64,000 nucleotides of DNA from Candidatus Zhuqueibacterota bacterium (GTDB lineage Bacteria; Zhuqueibacterota; Zhuqueibacteria; Thermofontimicrobiales; Thermofontimicrobiaceae), in contig JBMOPW010000014.1 in NCBI GenBank assembly GCA_049322915.1, positions 890,774 to 954,773 of the forward strand, read 5' to 3'. Below the pieces are notes generated by a model. The model searched no databases. It saw only the letters and a list, made by a program, of their open reading frames with translations, and had not been told where the DNA came from. A program made the position numbers and the translations under genes. Positions 40,901 to 50,601 of the stretch are shown one piece after another. The stretch's first letter is position 1. Every line of letters begins with the position of its first letter.

Positions 40901-41051
40901 CGCCGCTCAACCGCTGTGAAAAAGGGACAATAGGCTGAAATGGGCAGACATCGGTTTGCATTTCCAACTCGTCTTCATAAAACAGGCCAGTCAATCGTTT
41001 CAAAAAAACTTCAATTCGCTGCTCGTACAATTTTCGTTCGTTGTCGATCAT
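37965..41051 (-). CDS. Alpha-mannosidase, GH38 family
   Basis: VGHAHLDTAWLW, GGMWVEAD, WLPDVFGY, GDGGCGP, WVGELYFELHRGT and LNQFHDIIPGSSI. Confidence 0.95.
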   Translation of the reverse strand: MIDNERKLYEQRIEVFLKRLTGLFYEDELEMQTDVCPFQPIVPFSQRLSGAYRPIQQGETWGKNWERAWFHVTGATPENWRGKRVVALINIGGEGLVFDEDGTPVTALSIHSLWLNHFRRDRLDIAARATGRETIDYWIEGSAGQLFGLQLEQDRGDRGPVAYGNYEAAFQYARLAVFRKDIWELYMDCFVLNDLMRALPEKNVRRARILRALMRAIDCFQPDEGSVQRTRDVLKPELEKPGCASDLTTRAVGHAHLDTAWLWPIHETIRKCARTFSSQLQLIEKYPGYVFGASMPQHYLFVKENYPSLYEKIKARIAEGRWEVQGGMWVEADCNIISGESLVRQILHGKNFYQDEFNIDVKNLWLPDVFGYSAALPQILKKAGIDFFVTQKLSWNQFNKLPNHTFIWRGIDGSEVITHFPPEDNYGSELRPSKLIYAQENFAEHDYLDQFLTLFGIGDGGCGPTEEMLETGRRLAELENCPKVQFGAAQDFLNYLAENKDLLPRWVGELYFELHRGTLTTQAYNKKMNRFMELKLRELEILYALLPLKNYPSRQFDAMWKKVLLNQFHDIIPGSSITPVYEQCREDYAWLHAEASQLARAAGDLLFDNDDQAMTVFNSLSCIYSRPIVLPDSWQGYDIVDDAGQSMPVQAENQGSIMLVEIPPFRSVTVRKGRQNANRPSRLDSDRFILENELVRYEFTDAGVIQRAYDKESQREILATKASGNRLCLYEDRPANWDAWDIDIFYENQLLEQARVERQEWLCQGPLRQGFAQKLTIGHSHITQRIYLAANSKRLDFETEVNWQETHRMLRVAFPVNVFSDVAVFEIQYGLLKRSTHRNTSWDRAKFEVVGHRFADLADRDYGVALLNDCKYGYNILDNVIDLNLLRATTMPDPVADRGFHSFTYSLFPHAKDTIESGVWAEALQLNQPPACYPGYAGAGITLPFTIGHRDIIVEVVKKAEREDALILRCYEPRGRSVTARLTLLHSNATVFETDLMEQKDTMLERNAGQVALTFGPFEIKTLKLTFH

Positions 41052-41140
41052 TTTATAACCTCCGGTTTCGATGGGACTGATTTATTTATGAATGGTGAAA
41101 GCCGCTTAACTTTCTCAGATTATAAAAATTTGCATGGTGC

Positions 41141-41273
41141 AATAAAGTGACCAGTTGAAAGCATGTGCCATAAATTTGAAACTTTTTTATATCTGTTGCG
41201 GACAGTCGCGACCGTCCACAACGTGTGTGTCCAATAATAATGGAGTCGCCAAAATTTTAACTGGTCATTCAGG
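41141..41273 (+). mobile_element. MITE family B, degenerate copy (contains a REP-like palindrome)
   Basis: TGACCAGTTGAAAGCATGTGC...GGACAGTCGCGACCGTCC...TAACTGGTCATTCA is colinear with 61468-61598. Confidence 0.7.
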
Positions 41274-41626
41274 TTAATGGTTGGTCTGACTGAAACAAGC
41301 CGCTGAATCGGCGAATAAAAATATTTTTCTTGTACCACTCCAACGCTTAAACGTGGGGATAGTATTTCTTCGTGGCGCAGAGGCCAAAATTCAGCCATGA
41401 CGCGGAACAGCCATCAATCGATGCCGCATAAAGGTAAAAAAGGTTTTCTTGAAACGACTCAGGTTCCAGGTTTAAAGGTTCCCTGTTCCGGGTAAAAGAG
41501 AATTTTCGTCGCTATCCAGGCATGTAGTCTCGCCGCGAAGTCACACGAAGATGTCATTTTATTCGTTCTTGTTTTATGCAATTCATTTTTTAAACCACGT
41601 TCAGCTTTTCAGAATCGATAATTTAG

Positions 41627-41788
41627 CCTGCATTATTCATCGTATTTTTAAAGGAGGCTGGCTAACCTGAATGGTGCTCTTTTTAGAATAAATGTAAAAA
41701 AAACTGAGTTTCAAAATAACTTAGCCTTTAGCTAATTGAAAATCTGAATGTTGACTCAAATTCTGAGCAAGTTCATGAATAATTCAGG
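41627..41788 (-). mobile_element. MITE family A, copy 2 (inverted)
   Basis: CCTGCATTATTCAT...ATGAATAATTCAGG with the direct repeat TTAG on both sides. Confidence 0.85.
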
Positions 41789-41921
41789 TTAGATGTATTT
41801 TTTGCTTCGCGCCTTTGGGACTTTGTGGCTGAGCAGTTCCGAATATTCAATTACCAAATAGACATCATGAGATGATTTTAACCTTAAGCTCTGAACGCTG
41901 TACCAGCCAACCTGAGTAGAG

Positions 41922-43025
41922 TCAGCGCGTGTATCGGCCAAATTTGTCCACCAACTCTCTCACCCGCCGGATGCGGTATTCCAGCCCATCCGGGGGCACC
42001 TGGTCGGCGACGCCCAGCACGTAGCGCGGTGCGCTTCGCTGCACATCGAGCGCATGTCTGATGAATCGCTCGAATTCATCATCGCTGATGAGCGGTGTGA
42101 AATAGCTGCCGGGAATGCCACCCCACAAAATGGTGCCGGGATTGTTCGCCAGCGCAGCCCAATCGTCAATGGGCGCATCGCCCACCGGGGCCGGCGTCAT
42201 GGCTTCGATGACGGAAACGCCGGTGGACGATTCCTGTCGCAGCAGCCCTTTGAGCGTGCCATCCATGTGGATGAAAGAAGATTTTCCGGCGGCATGGATT
42301 TTCTCAATCCATTCCTGTTGATAGGCGCGCATGAATTTTTCGAAGAAATTTGGCCCGACCATTTCTGCGGAGAGATTCTCCGGAATCATGAGCGCCTCGG
42401 CCGGGCTGTCCACGGCAATTTGCGCGGCCTGATCGAAGCTCTGTTTCATCACCGCTAATGTTTCGGCGAATTCATCAGGCGCATTCATCGCTGAAAAGGT
42501 GACAGATTCAATGCCGGCCTCCAGCGCCACAAGCTGCATGAATGGGCTTTTGGGCAGGTAGCAGAGCAGAATGCCCTGGTCGCCGATCTGCTCCATCCGT
42601 TGGTAACAGAAGTCATAATCGGCCTGCCATCGGGTATGTTCATACACAAAACGAAGGGCGGCGAGGTCGCGCTCCGATTTGACGAGATGCTCCACCGGCG
42701 CCTCGGTGTACGATGTGGGAATGTATGCCCAGCATTCCTGCAGTGAGCCGACCGGAGTGATGATCGTGCGATACTTGCGATTGCCCACCTGCCAAATTTT
42801 CTCTTCGAAATCGAACAGCGGTCGGAATGGGAAATGCCCCTGTAAATAAAAACCGACGCCTAATTCGGTGTGCCACTTAATGTAGTCCGGCGACTGCTTG
42901 AAGTCCGCCGGCCGTTCCTTTTTCGTGATCAAAGCGGTGGCCAGATAATCCAGGTCGCCGAACCACGGGACGCGGTCCGGTTGCTGTCCGTTCAAAATAG
43001 TGAGTATTTGTTCCCGAGGGGTCAT
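41922..43025 (-). CDS. Uroporphyrinogen decarboxylase / MtaA-CmuA methyltransferase-like family protein
   Basis: MTPREQIL..GQQPDRVPW N-terminus; EHLVKSERDL; IHMDG; LWGGIP; LGVADQVPP. Confidence 0.78.
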   Translation of the reverse strand: MTPREQILTILNGQQPDRVPWFGDLDYLATALITKKERPADFKQSPDYIKWHTELGVGFYLQGHFPFRPLFDFEEKIWQVGNRKYRTIITPVGSLQECWAYIPTSYTEAPVEHLVKSERDLAALRFVYEHTRWQADYDFCYQRMEQIGDQGILLCYLPKSPFMQLVALEAGIESVTFSAMNAPDEFAETLAVMKQSFDQAAQIAVDSPAEALMIPENLSAEMVGPNFFEKFMRAYQQEWIEKIHAAGKSSFIHMDGTLKGLLRQESSTGVSVIEAMTPAPVGDAPIDDWAALANNPGTILWGGIPGSYFTPLISDDEFERFIRHALDVQRSAPRYVLGVADQVPPDGLEYRIRRVRELVDKFGRYTR

Positions 43026-43120
43026 TCGATTTTTCCCTTTCAGATGGGATTGAACCGCCCACCTTTTAGTATCTGACGCATATTATTCAGACTATTTTTT
43101 GGCAGAAAATTCTATCGAAA

Positions 43121-43285
43121 ACTGATGACGCTGATGATCCGCCAAAAGGGTGGCGGAAGTTCCGCAGAGATCATGACAAAGGCAGATGCGTCCTTCGGCG
43201 CATTTACACTGATTAAGAATCCGTGAAGATCAGCGCGGAACGTCCGCCGATTTTTTAGGAGGATCATCCGCGTAATCAGCGTTCT
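43121..43285. repeat. Intergenic palindromic repeat (ACGCTGAT...ATCAGCGT type) interrupted by short TCCGCC..GG(C/A)GGA hairpins
   Basis: ACGCTGATGA at the left end and TAATCAGCGT at the right end; inner TCCGCCAAAAGGGTGGCGGA and TCCGCCGATTTTTTAGGAGGA. Confidence 0.45.
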
Positions 43286-43399
43286 ATTTCTTTTTTAGTT
43301 CCGGCGTGTCCAGGTCAGGGTTTGAATGAAGATTTTTCACAATGTCGTGCGTGAATGCCGGCTTCAACGACCATTACTTTCGCGCATGGAAATGACCGA

Positions 43400-44470
43400 C
43401 TATCGACCTGCGCTGCCGGCAGCGTCAGTCTCACGAATTTTCTGCGCAGCCTCGATCATGGCTAAATAGCCCTGTACCGGGACATAGTCCGGGATGGAGT
43501 TGCCGGAGCCCAGCGCGAATCCTTTCGCCATGTTCCGAAATTTCCGTCCCTGGCTAACGACCTTTTCGAACACGACCTCGGGTTTGTCGAGGCAGAGCAC
43601 ATCCAGGTCGATACCGCCGAGGAAACCGATACTGTCGTTGTAGCGATTGATCCAGACATCGAATGGCGCGATGGCGTCTTCGTTGGAATGCTTGGCATCG
43701 ATGCCGATGGCGATGACATCGTCCATGATTTCAAAGATGTTCCCGCACGAGTGCCAGAGAAACGGGAAACCGGCGCGATGTACGAGGTTCACAACGCGGC
43801 GGTACTGGGGGATGATGTGCCCGCGAATCGTGGCCGGCGCCAGCAGCGTGCTGGTCTTGAATCCCAGGTCGTCTCCAAAGCGGCAGGCGACGAACCCATC
43901 GCAGTGGCGGGCTAAAAATTCCTCCCAGATAGTCGTCATCAAATCCCCGGTCTTTTTGTAAATGTCGCCAAACAGGAGGGGATCCTCCGCCATCATGTAG
44001 GCCAGATATTCGAATCCGACCAGGTCTTCGCTGATTTCAAAGACGCCGTTTCCGATGCCGCCGACCGCTTTCATGCCGGGAGGCAAGGCCTCGACGAGCG
44101 CGCGAAATTGCTTCTCCGCAACGGCCCAGAAACGCCGGGGAATTTCATCCCAGGGGTATTTTTCAAAGTCGGCGCGCGACTGAATTGGCCCGGGCTTCCC
44201 GCCCATGATGGCGCCGTTGTCCGGCAGAAATGAGGTGATGCAGATTTCGAACGATACGACGTCGTAGGTCATGTCCCTGAAGAAGCGGCAATACTGGCGG
44301 AAGAATTCGTTGACATCGGCATCATCGCCCCCGGCTAAATCGGCAAACCGAATATTCAAAATTTTTTCCATGATGCCCGGGCTGATGAGGTGCTCGTAGA
44401 TTGGCAGCCGCGCCGGCCGTTTGTTGGTGACTACATCCAGAAAATGCTGATAGTTCGGGGTGAATTCCAT
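43400..44470 (-). CDS. Uroporphyrinogen decarboxylase / MtaA-CmuA methyltransferase-like family protein
   Basis: GPIQSRADFEKYPW, FGDDLGFK, putative Zn-binding WHSCG, GGIDLD and LGSGNSIP. Confidence 0.85.
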   Translation of the reverse strand: MEFTPNYQHFLDVVTNKRPARLPIYEHLISPGIMEKILNIRFADLAGGDDADVNEFFRQYCRFFRDMTYDVVSFEICITSFLPDNGAIMGGKPGPIQSRADFEKYPWDEIPRRFWAVAEKQFRALVEALPPGMKAVGGIGNGVFEISEDLVGFEYLAYMMAEDPLLFGDIYKKTGDLMTTIWEEFLARHCDGFVACRFGDDLGFKTSTLLAPATIRGHIIPQYRRVVNLVHRAGFPFLWHSCGNIFEIMDDVIAIGIDAKHSNEDAIAPFDVWINRYNDSIGFLGGIDLDVLCLDKPEVVFEKVVSQGRKFRNMAKGFALGSGNSIPDYVPVQGYLAMIEAAQKIRETDAAGSAGR

Positions 44471-44635
44471 GAACGTCGCTCCTCTCCGGGAAAATTATTG
44501 AGGTCTCTTATCCTACTCAGGTTGGCTGGTTCAGAGTTCAGGGTTAGAATCATTTCATTTGTATATTTTGTAAATGAATATTCGTAACTGTTCTGCCACC
44601 AAGTCTCAAAGGCACGAAGAAAAAGATACATCTAA

Positions 44636-44796
44636 CCTGAATCATTCATGAACTTGCTCAGAATTTGAGTCAACATTCAGATTTTCAATTAGCTAAAGGC
44701 TAAGCTATTTTGAAACTCAGTTTTTATACGGTTATTCTAAAAAGAGCACCATTCAGGTTAGCCAGCCTCCTCTAAAAATACTATGAATAATGCAGG
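44636..44796 (+). mobile_element. MITE family A, copy 3
   Basis: CCTGAATCATTCAT...ATGAATAATGCAGG with the direct repeat CTAA on both sides. Confidence 0.85.
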
Positions 44797-44927
44797 CTAA
44801 ATCACAAATAATGAGTCATTCGGCATTTGAAGAATGGTACTTAACAAATTCATTTTAGAATCATAGGCGATATATCTGTAGCCGATCGCTGGCAACTCTC
44901 CTCCGGTCGGACGCCTTTATGGACATT

Positions 44928-44967
44928 AAAAAAGCCTCCTGGTGATTGGGAAATTCACAAGGAGGCT
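44928..44967 (-). terminator. Intrinsic terminator of the redoxin gene
   Basis: AGCCTCCT.GTGA...TCAC.AGGAGGCT hairpin with an A-tract on its left (U-tract on the minus strand). Confidence 0.65.
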
Positions 44968-45009
44968 GATATGTTTTGTTACACGTAAGCCATGTTCACG
45001 TTGCAGTCC

Positions 45010-46896
45010 TTATTTCACCATCTCGATCATCAGGCTCAGTTCTTCCACGAGTTTGTTGGCGTCGCCGCCGAATCCGACACTCTTGAATCGGATGTTGCCA
45101 TTTTTATCGACGACGAACTTGGTGGGAATTCCATCCACGCCGTAGGCAGTGACCACTTCGCTTTTCAGGTCCATCACAACGCGGAACGAGTATTTTTTAT
45201 CCTGGATGAATTTGGCCACATTCTGTTTCACGTTGTCGCCGCGTTCCCAGGTATTGACGAACAGGAATTGGACGGTGTCGTCGCCTTTGAATTTATCCAC
45301 AGCGGTTTGCATCCCGGGGAATGAAGACACGCAGGGTCCGCACCACGTAGCCCAGAAATCGAGGATCACGGTTTTGCCTTTCAAATCCTGCAGCGATACG
45401 GTCTGGCCGTTCAGGTCTTCCAGCGAGAATTGCGGCGCCGGCTTGCTCATCATCTCTTTTTCCAGATCGTTCTTCAGTTTGTTGACGCCCTCTTCGTTCA
45501 CCGCTGAAAAAGCCTGATCCAATCCCTCTTCTGAGCCTTTCCATCCGGTGTACGCCTTTTTGAACATCGCTTCCAGAGCCGCTGATCCTTTGCCTTCTTT
45601 CAGCAAGCCTTCGACAAAATGGAACGCATTTTCATGGTGGCCAAGATCCATCAATGCGGAGGTATAGCGTTCGTTCACATCGGAGTTGGTCTTCTCGGTC
45701 ATCTGAATTGCTTCTTCGAAAAGTGGGATCGATTCTTTCACCTGTCCCAGTTTGTAGAGCGCTGTGGCATAGGTGTCGAGAATAAAACCCAGAGGCATTT
45801 TGGCATCTTGCTGCCATTCGCGTTCAGTATAATATTTGGGCCGCGGCTCGGTGGGGGAAGCCAGTTCAGCGCGGGCCAACTCTGTCCCTGTCCTGGCAAA
45901 ATTCGCGGCAGTTTCCAGGTTGATCCCGTTCTCAACCAATTCCCAGGCAACGGTATTATATTGCATCGAGGTCGGTTTGGCGACCGAGGTTTTGAGGAAT
46001 TCCACAGCCTCGTCATACTTCTTCTCGCGGATATAGGCCGCGATGACATAGGACCCCATCGAACCGATTCGTTCGTGCTGCGGGAAATCCCGCTGGAAAT
46101 TCTGGAAGAGCTGCAGGGTGGTATTCAACGGATTGCTGCGATTGTAAAATTCCATCATCCTTTCGGATTGCGCAAATTCACCCGCAGGCTCCTGCTTCAG
46201 AATCTCGTCTTTGATCTGTTTCGCTTTATCGGCCGCCTGAAGTCGGGTGTACCACGTCGCCAGCAGGGCTTTGTCCTTCATGGTCAGATCCGGTGTTGCG
46301 GCCAGAGCGTCTAACTCCGCCAGCACTTTGGCATTGCCATTTTCTTTATCGTTCCGAAGCAGCAGATTCCAGCCCAGGTCCCGATACTTTTCTTTCGATT
46401 CCGGATAGGATTTGAGCTCGTTATCAAATTCTTCGGCGGCGCGCATCACATCGCGCTTCAGGCGCAGCACGTAACCGCCGTAAAGGAACAGGTTCGACAA
46501 GGCAGCCTGGCTGCCCTGAACGTATGTGCCATCGCTTGTGTACAGCATTATTTTGTAGCCCTGACCATCGTTGTCGTCGGCAGTTTCGCCGGAGACAAAT
46601 TTGGCAACAACCAGACGGGCGCTGCTGTCCGGCGTAAACGAACCGATCCACCCCATGCCTTTTTTCGTCATGGGAATTTCAGTGACAGCGGGCACCACGT
46701 CATCGCTGAAAGAGTAGGCCAGCAACGTCACGTCAGCGGATTGTTCCAGCGGGGTCGCGGTTGGATTGTAACGAACAGTCAGTTCTTTCGCTGGCTGAGG
46801 ATTTATTGGCGAGGTGCTGAATTTTTCTTTGAATTCATTCGAACATCCAGCGACAAAGATAAATAGGGTAGCCAGATAAATAATTGCCTTTTTCAA
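45010..46896 (-). CDS. Lipoprotein with TPR-like helical region and C-terminal TlpA/ResA-type thioredoxin (redoxin) domain
   Basis: Lipobox VAGC; YNTVAW and ILDTYATALYKLG TPR-like helices; APQFSL..LKGKTVILDFWATWCGPC and GIPTKFVVD. Confidence 0.88.
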   Translation of the reverse strand: MKKAIIYLATLFIFVAGCSNEFKEKFSTSPINPQPAKELTVRYNPTATPLEQSADVTLLAYSFSDDVVPAVTEIPMTKKGMGWIGSFTPDSSARLVVAKFVSGETADDNDGQGYKIMLYTSDGTYVQGSQAALSNLFLYGGYVLRLKRDVMRAAEEFDNELKSYPESKEKYRDLGWNLLLRNDKENGNAKVLAELDALAATPDLTMKDKALLATWYTRLQAADKAKQIKDEILKQEPAGEFAQSERMMEFYNRSNPLNTTLQLFQNFQRDFPQHERIGSMGSYVIAAYIREKKYDEAVEFLKTSVAKPTSMQYNTVAWELVENGINLETAANFARTGTELARAELASPTEPRPKYYTEREWQQDAKMPLGFILDTYATALYKLGQVKESIPLFEEAIQMTEKTNSDVNERYTSALMDLGHHENAFHFVEGLLKEGKGSAALEAMFKKAYTGWKGSEEGLDQAFSAVNEEGVNKLKNDLEKEMMSKPAPQFSLEDLNGQTVSLQDLKGKTVILDFWATWCGPCVSSFPGMQTAVDKFKGDDTVQFLFVNTWERGDNVKQNVAKFIQDKKYSFRVVMDLKSEVVTAYGVDGIPTKFVVDKNGNIRFKSVGFGGDANKLVEELSLMIEMVK

Positions 46897-47303
46897 ATTA
46901 ACCTCCTTAATTGGTTAAGTAACAGTTTTTTAATCGACGAAATATACGTCATTCGCGATAACAATGCAACTCTTTTTTTGACGGGCAAATAAAAAGATTG
47001 ATTTTTTATTTTGAATTCGATATTTTCTTTCTGTGTCAGTTTCACTGAATTTCTTCCAGCGTTTCACACGATAGCTACCCATTCGAATGGGTGAAAAAGG
47101 GCGATCCGGGCTCACTGGTGTTGGCTAATATCGATGATGCAATCCGTTGAAGGAAACGATTGCCTCATCTTTGAACTAATGCACGATTCCCCTGCTGATG
47201 GAACAGCCCGTCATTCAAAGCGGCAAGCGTCGAAAATGCGGCCCGGGTGAGTGATCGGTCGCAGCACGCGTTTCACGCCCCGGCGAGGGGTCAGAAAAAA
47301 AAT

Positions 47304-49112
47304 ATGAACACGAATATCCCCAAAGATAAAATCGCTCAGGTGCGCGAAGCATCCAACATCGTCGATGTGATTTCCAATTATTTGACGTTGAAGAGATCCG
47401 GGAAAAGCTTTGTGGGACTGTGCCCGTTTCACACCGATTCCGCGCCGTCGTTCAATGTCAATCCCAATACCCAGATGTTCTATTGTTTTGGCTGCCATAA
47501 AGGCGGGGATGTGTTCAATTTTCTCATGGAGATTGAGAAGATATCCTTCGTGGAAGCCGTGGAAGTTTTGGCGCAGAAGGCCGGCATCTCCCTGCCGCGG
47601 ACCGATTCCGACGACCATCTCGAAAAAGAGAAAGAGGCGCTGTATTATGTCAATCGCTGGGCGGCCAATCTGTTTTACAAAAATCTGCTGTCCCCGGCCG
47701 GCAAGGAGGCGCAGCGCTACATCGAGCACCGCGGCATCAATCGCGAGATGATCAAAACGTTCGGGCTGGGCTATTCCCTGCCACTGTGGGACGGGCTGCT
47801 CCGGCAGGCAAAAGTGGATTCTGTCTCTCCGGACGTGCTGTTCAAAGCCGGGCTGGTGATAAAAAGACCGAACGGCGGTTATTACGACCGCTTCCGCGGC
47901 CGCTTCATGATTCCCATCCTGAACCTGTATAAAAAAGTGATCGGCTTCGGCGGCAGGAAAATGATCGACGACGATACGCCGAAATATATCAATTCACCGG
48001 AGACGGCGATTTATCAGAAGGGACAGATTTTATTCGGGCTGTACCAGAGCCGGGAGGAAATCCGCAAGCGCGATCAGGTCATTTTTGTGGAAGGCTACAC
48101 CGACCTGATCAGTCTGTACCAGGCCGGCGTTCGGAACGTGGTGGCCACATCCGGCACGGCGCTGACGCCCAATCAGGTCCGGCTCATTCGCCGCTTCACC
48201 CAGAATGCAGTGCTCTTTTTCGATGCGGACGCTGCCGGCATTATGGCCGCCATTCGCGGGGCCGAGATTTTCCTCGACGAGAACGTGGAAATCAAAATCG
48301 CCACGCTGCCTGCCGGCGAAGACCCGGATAGCTTCATTCGGAAGCACGATGCGGATAGTTTTTACAAAATTCTGGCAGCGGCCCAGTCGCTCATCTTCTT
48401 CAAACAAAAAATACTGGAGCAGCGTACAGAGCATTCGACTACTGCCGGCAAAACCCAGATCATCAATTCGCTGCTGGAATCGGCAGTGCGGATTAAGGAC
48501 AGCATCAAACAGAATCTGGCCATCAAAGAAATTGCCGAAGCCTATGGCGTGGACGAACGCGCCATCATGAACCGGGTGCCCTCGATCCGGACCAGCAGCG
48601 CGCCATCCGCGACATCAGTCGCCCAGGAGAAAGCCAAAAAACCGTCCACCCCGACAAAGCCCAAGGATCGCTATGACCGCGCCGAAGAGGACCTGGTGCG
48701 GTTGATCCTGGAAAATGCGGCTCTTTTTCCTGCCGTCATGGGATCGCTGGAAGATGATGACATGGTCGATCCCCAGCTCAGGCAGATTTTGAAAATAGCC
48801 GACCAGGTGCATCAGGCGCACTCCGGCGTGAATCGCCGGAAAATAATGGATCGGGTGACCGACCCGGATTTGTCCGCGCGGCTCGCCCAGCTTTTATCGA
48901 CGCAATTCAGCGAGACCACGGACAGGGACAAGCTGTTATCGGATTGCATTGTCTCGGTGAAGAAGCGAAAGTTGAAATCGCGCCTCTCCAATCTCTCCCG
49001 CGAAATCAAACTGGCGCAGGAAAGAGGTCTGGATGTGACCGACTATATCCAAAAATACCGGGAATGCCAGCAGGAGCTTTTGCAGATAGAATCAAAGACG
49101 TTCGGGGAATGA
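47304..49112 (+). CDS. dnaG: DNA primase
   Basis: CHC2 zinc finger CPFH..FYCFGC; YDRFRGR; PKYINSPET; TOPRIM VEGYTD..FDADAAG..DPD. Confidence 0.97.
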   Translation: MNTNIPKDKIAQVREASNIVDVISNYLTLKRSGKSFVGLCPFHTDSAPSFNVNPNTQMFYCFGCHKGGDVFNFLMEIEKISFVEAVEVLAQKAGISLPRTDSDDHLEKEKEALYYVNRWAANLFYKNLLSPAGKEAQRYIEHRGINREMIKTFGLGYSLPLWDGLLRQAKVDSVSPDVLFKAGLVIKRPNGGYYDRFRGRFMIPILNLYKKVIGFGGRKMIDDDTPKYINSPETAIYQKGQILFGLYQSREEIRKRDQVIFVEGYTDLISLYQAGVRNVVATSGTALTPNQVRLIRRFTQNAVLFFDADAAGIMAAIRGAEIFLDENVEIKIATLPAGEDPDSFIRKHDADSFYKILAAAQSLIFFKQKILEQRTEHSTTAGKTQIINSLLESAVRIKDSIKQNLAIKEIAEAYGVDERAIMNRVPSIRTSSAPSATSVAQEKAKKPSTPTKPKDRYDRAEEDLVRLILENAALFPAVMGSLEDDDMVDPQLRQILKIADQVHQAHSGVNRRKIMDRVTDPDLSARLAQLLSTQFSETTDRDKLLSDCIVSVKKRKLKSRLSNLSREIKLAQERGLDVTDYIQKYRECQQELLQIESKTFGE

Positions 49113-49159
49113 GGCGAATGCCTGTTTCACAGAGGGGCTTTCAATTTTTTTGGAGAATG

Positions 49160-49255
49160 GATCGCACAGGATATTCACCCACCGCAGGCAACGGCCGGGA
49201 CGCATGTCCCGGAATGGGCGCACCGCTCGGGATGAATAACAGGAACGTTCGGGAT
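49160..49255 (+). repeat. Hairpin-mosaic repeat family C, copy 2 (degenerate)
   Basis: GGCAACGGCCGGGACGCATGTCCCGGAATGGGCGCACCGCTCGGGATGAA aligns with 9629-9679. Confidence 0.7.
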
Positions 49256-49407
49256 AACTTTAGAGAAACAACGTGAACGCGATAATTTCTTGCTGCTGCT
49301 CATGTCTTTTTCCTTAACTTTAAGAATTCTATCCTCTCCTGAAAGCCAATTAAAACCCCACTGCCGCCCCGGGCCGGCGCTTCCAGCCCGGGGCTTGGCG
49401 TTCTTGC

Positions 49408-50601
49408 TCAGGATATTTTATTCAGTGCGCTGTCCAGTTCTTCAATTAAATCGCGGTAGTCTTCGCAGCCCACGGAGAGCCGCACCAGTTCATCGGTGAT
49501 GTGGGCTTTGTCCTTTTCCTCGCGGGACATGGCCGAATGGGTCATGGACGCCGGATGCTGGATGAGCGATTCGATCCCGCCGAGGGACACGGCCAGCGTG
49601 ATTAAATGGGTGTTATTCATGACGACCTTTCCGCCTTCAAATCCGCCTTTCACGCCGAAGCTGATCATGGAACCAAAGCCGTCCATCTGCTTTTTGGCCA
49701 GTTCGTGCTGGGGATGATCCGGCAGGCCGGGGTAGTTGATCCATTCCACCTTGGGGTGATCGTGCAGGAATTGAGCGATCTTCATGGCGTTCTCCTGGCT
49801 TTTTTCAACGCGCAGCGCCAGGGTGCGAACGCCTCGCAGGACAAGCCACGCCTGATGGGGATCCATGGTCCCGCCCATATAGAACAACACCTTTTGGATG
49901 CGTTTGAACAGGTCCTCATTGCCGGGGATGATGATGCCGCCGACAATATCGGAATGGCCGTTGAGGAATTTGGTCAGACTGTGAAACACAACGTCCGCGC
50001 CCAATTGCAGCGGGCGCTGCAGGTAGGGACTGCAGAACGTGTTGTCCACAACAAACGTGATATTGTGCTTTTTGGCCAACGCCGAACAGGCGCGTATGTC
50101 GGTCAGGGCGATGGTCGGATTGGCCGGGGATTCGACCATCAGTAATTTGGTGTTGGGCTGAATCGCTCGTTCGATATTGGAGATATCCGACGTATTGACG
50201 AAACTGGCCTGAACCCCGAATCGGGAGAAGTCGCGTTCCAGCACCACGCGCGAAGGCCCGTACACGGCGTCCGAGCTGATGACGTGGGCGTCTTTGCCGA
50301 GGAAGGTCATGTACAGGGTGGTCACTGCGGCCATGCCCGATGCGGTGCCCAGCCCGCCGAATCCATTTTCCAATTCCGCGATGCAATCCTCCATCGCTCG
50401 AATGGTGGGATTGCCCATGCGGGTGTAAATATAGCCTTTGGATTTGCCGGAAAATCGATCGGCGCCATCATCCGCGCTCTTGAAAGAAAAAGTGGACGAC
50501 TGATAGATGGGGACAGAGACCTCTCCAAATAAATTCAATTCGTCATTCAGACCACCGTGAATTGCTTTTGTCGCTAAACGATACCCATTTTTTTTATGCA
50601 T
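49408..50601 (-). CDS. PLP-dependent trans-sulfuration enzyme, most like methionine gamma-lyase
   Basis: PIYQSSTF, YIYTRMGNPT, ASGMAA, VVDNTF, PLP-lysine motif HSLTKFLNGHSD, and AVSLGGIESLIQHPASMTH. Confidence 0.88.
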   Translation of the reverse strand: MHKKNGYRLATKAIHGGLNDELNLFGEVSVPIYQSSTFSFKSADDGADRFSGKSKGYIYTRMGNPTIRAMEDCIAELENGFGGLGTASGMAAVTTLYMTFLGKDAHVISSDAVYGPSRVVLERDFSRFGVQASFVNTSDISNIERAIQPNTKLLMVESPANPTIALTDIRACSALAKKHNITFVVDNTFCSPYLQRPLQLGADVVFHSLTKFLNGHSDIVGGIIIPGNEDLFKRIQKVLFYMGGTMDPHQAWLVLRGVRTLALRVEKSQENAMKIAQFLHDHPKVEWINYPGLPDHPQHELAKKQMDGFGSMISFGVKGGFEGGKVVMNNTHLITLAVSLGGIESLIQHPASMTHSAMSREEKDKAHITDELVRLSVGCEDYRDLIEELDSALNKIS

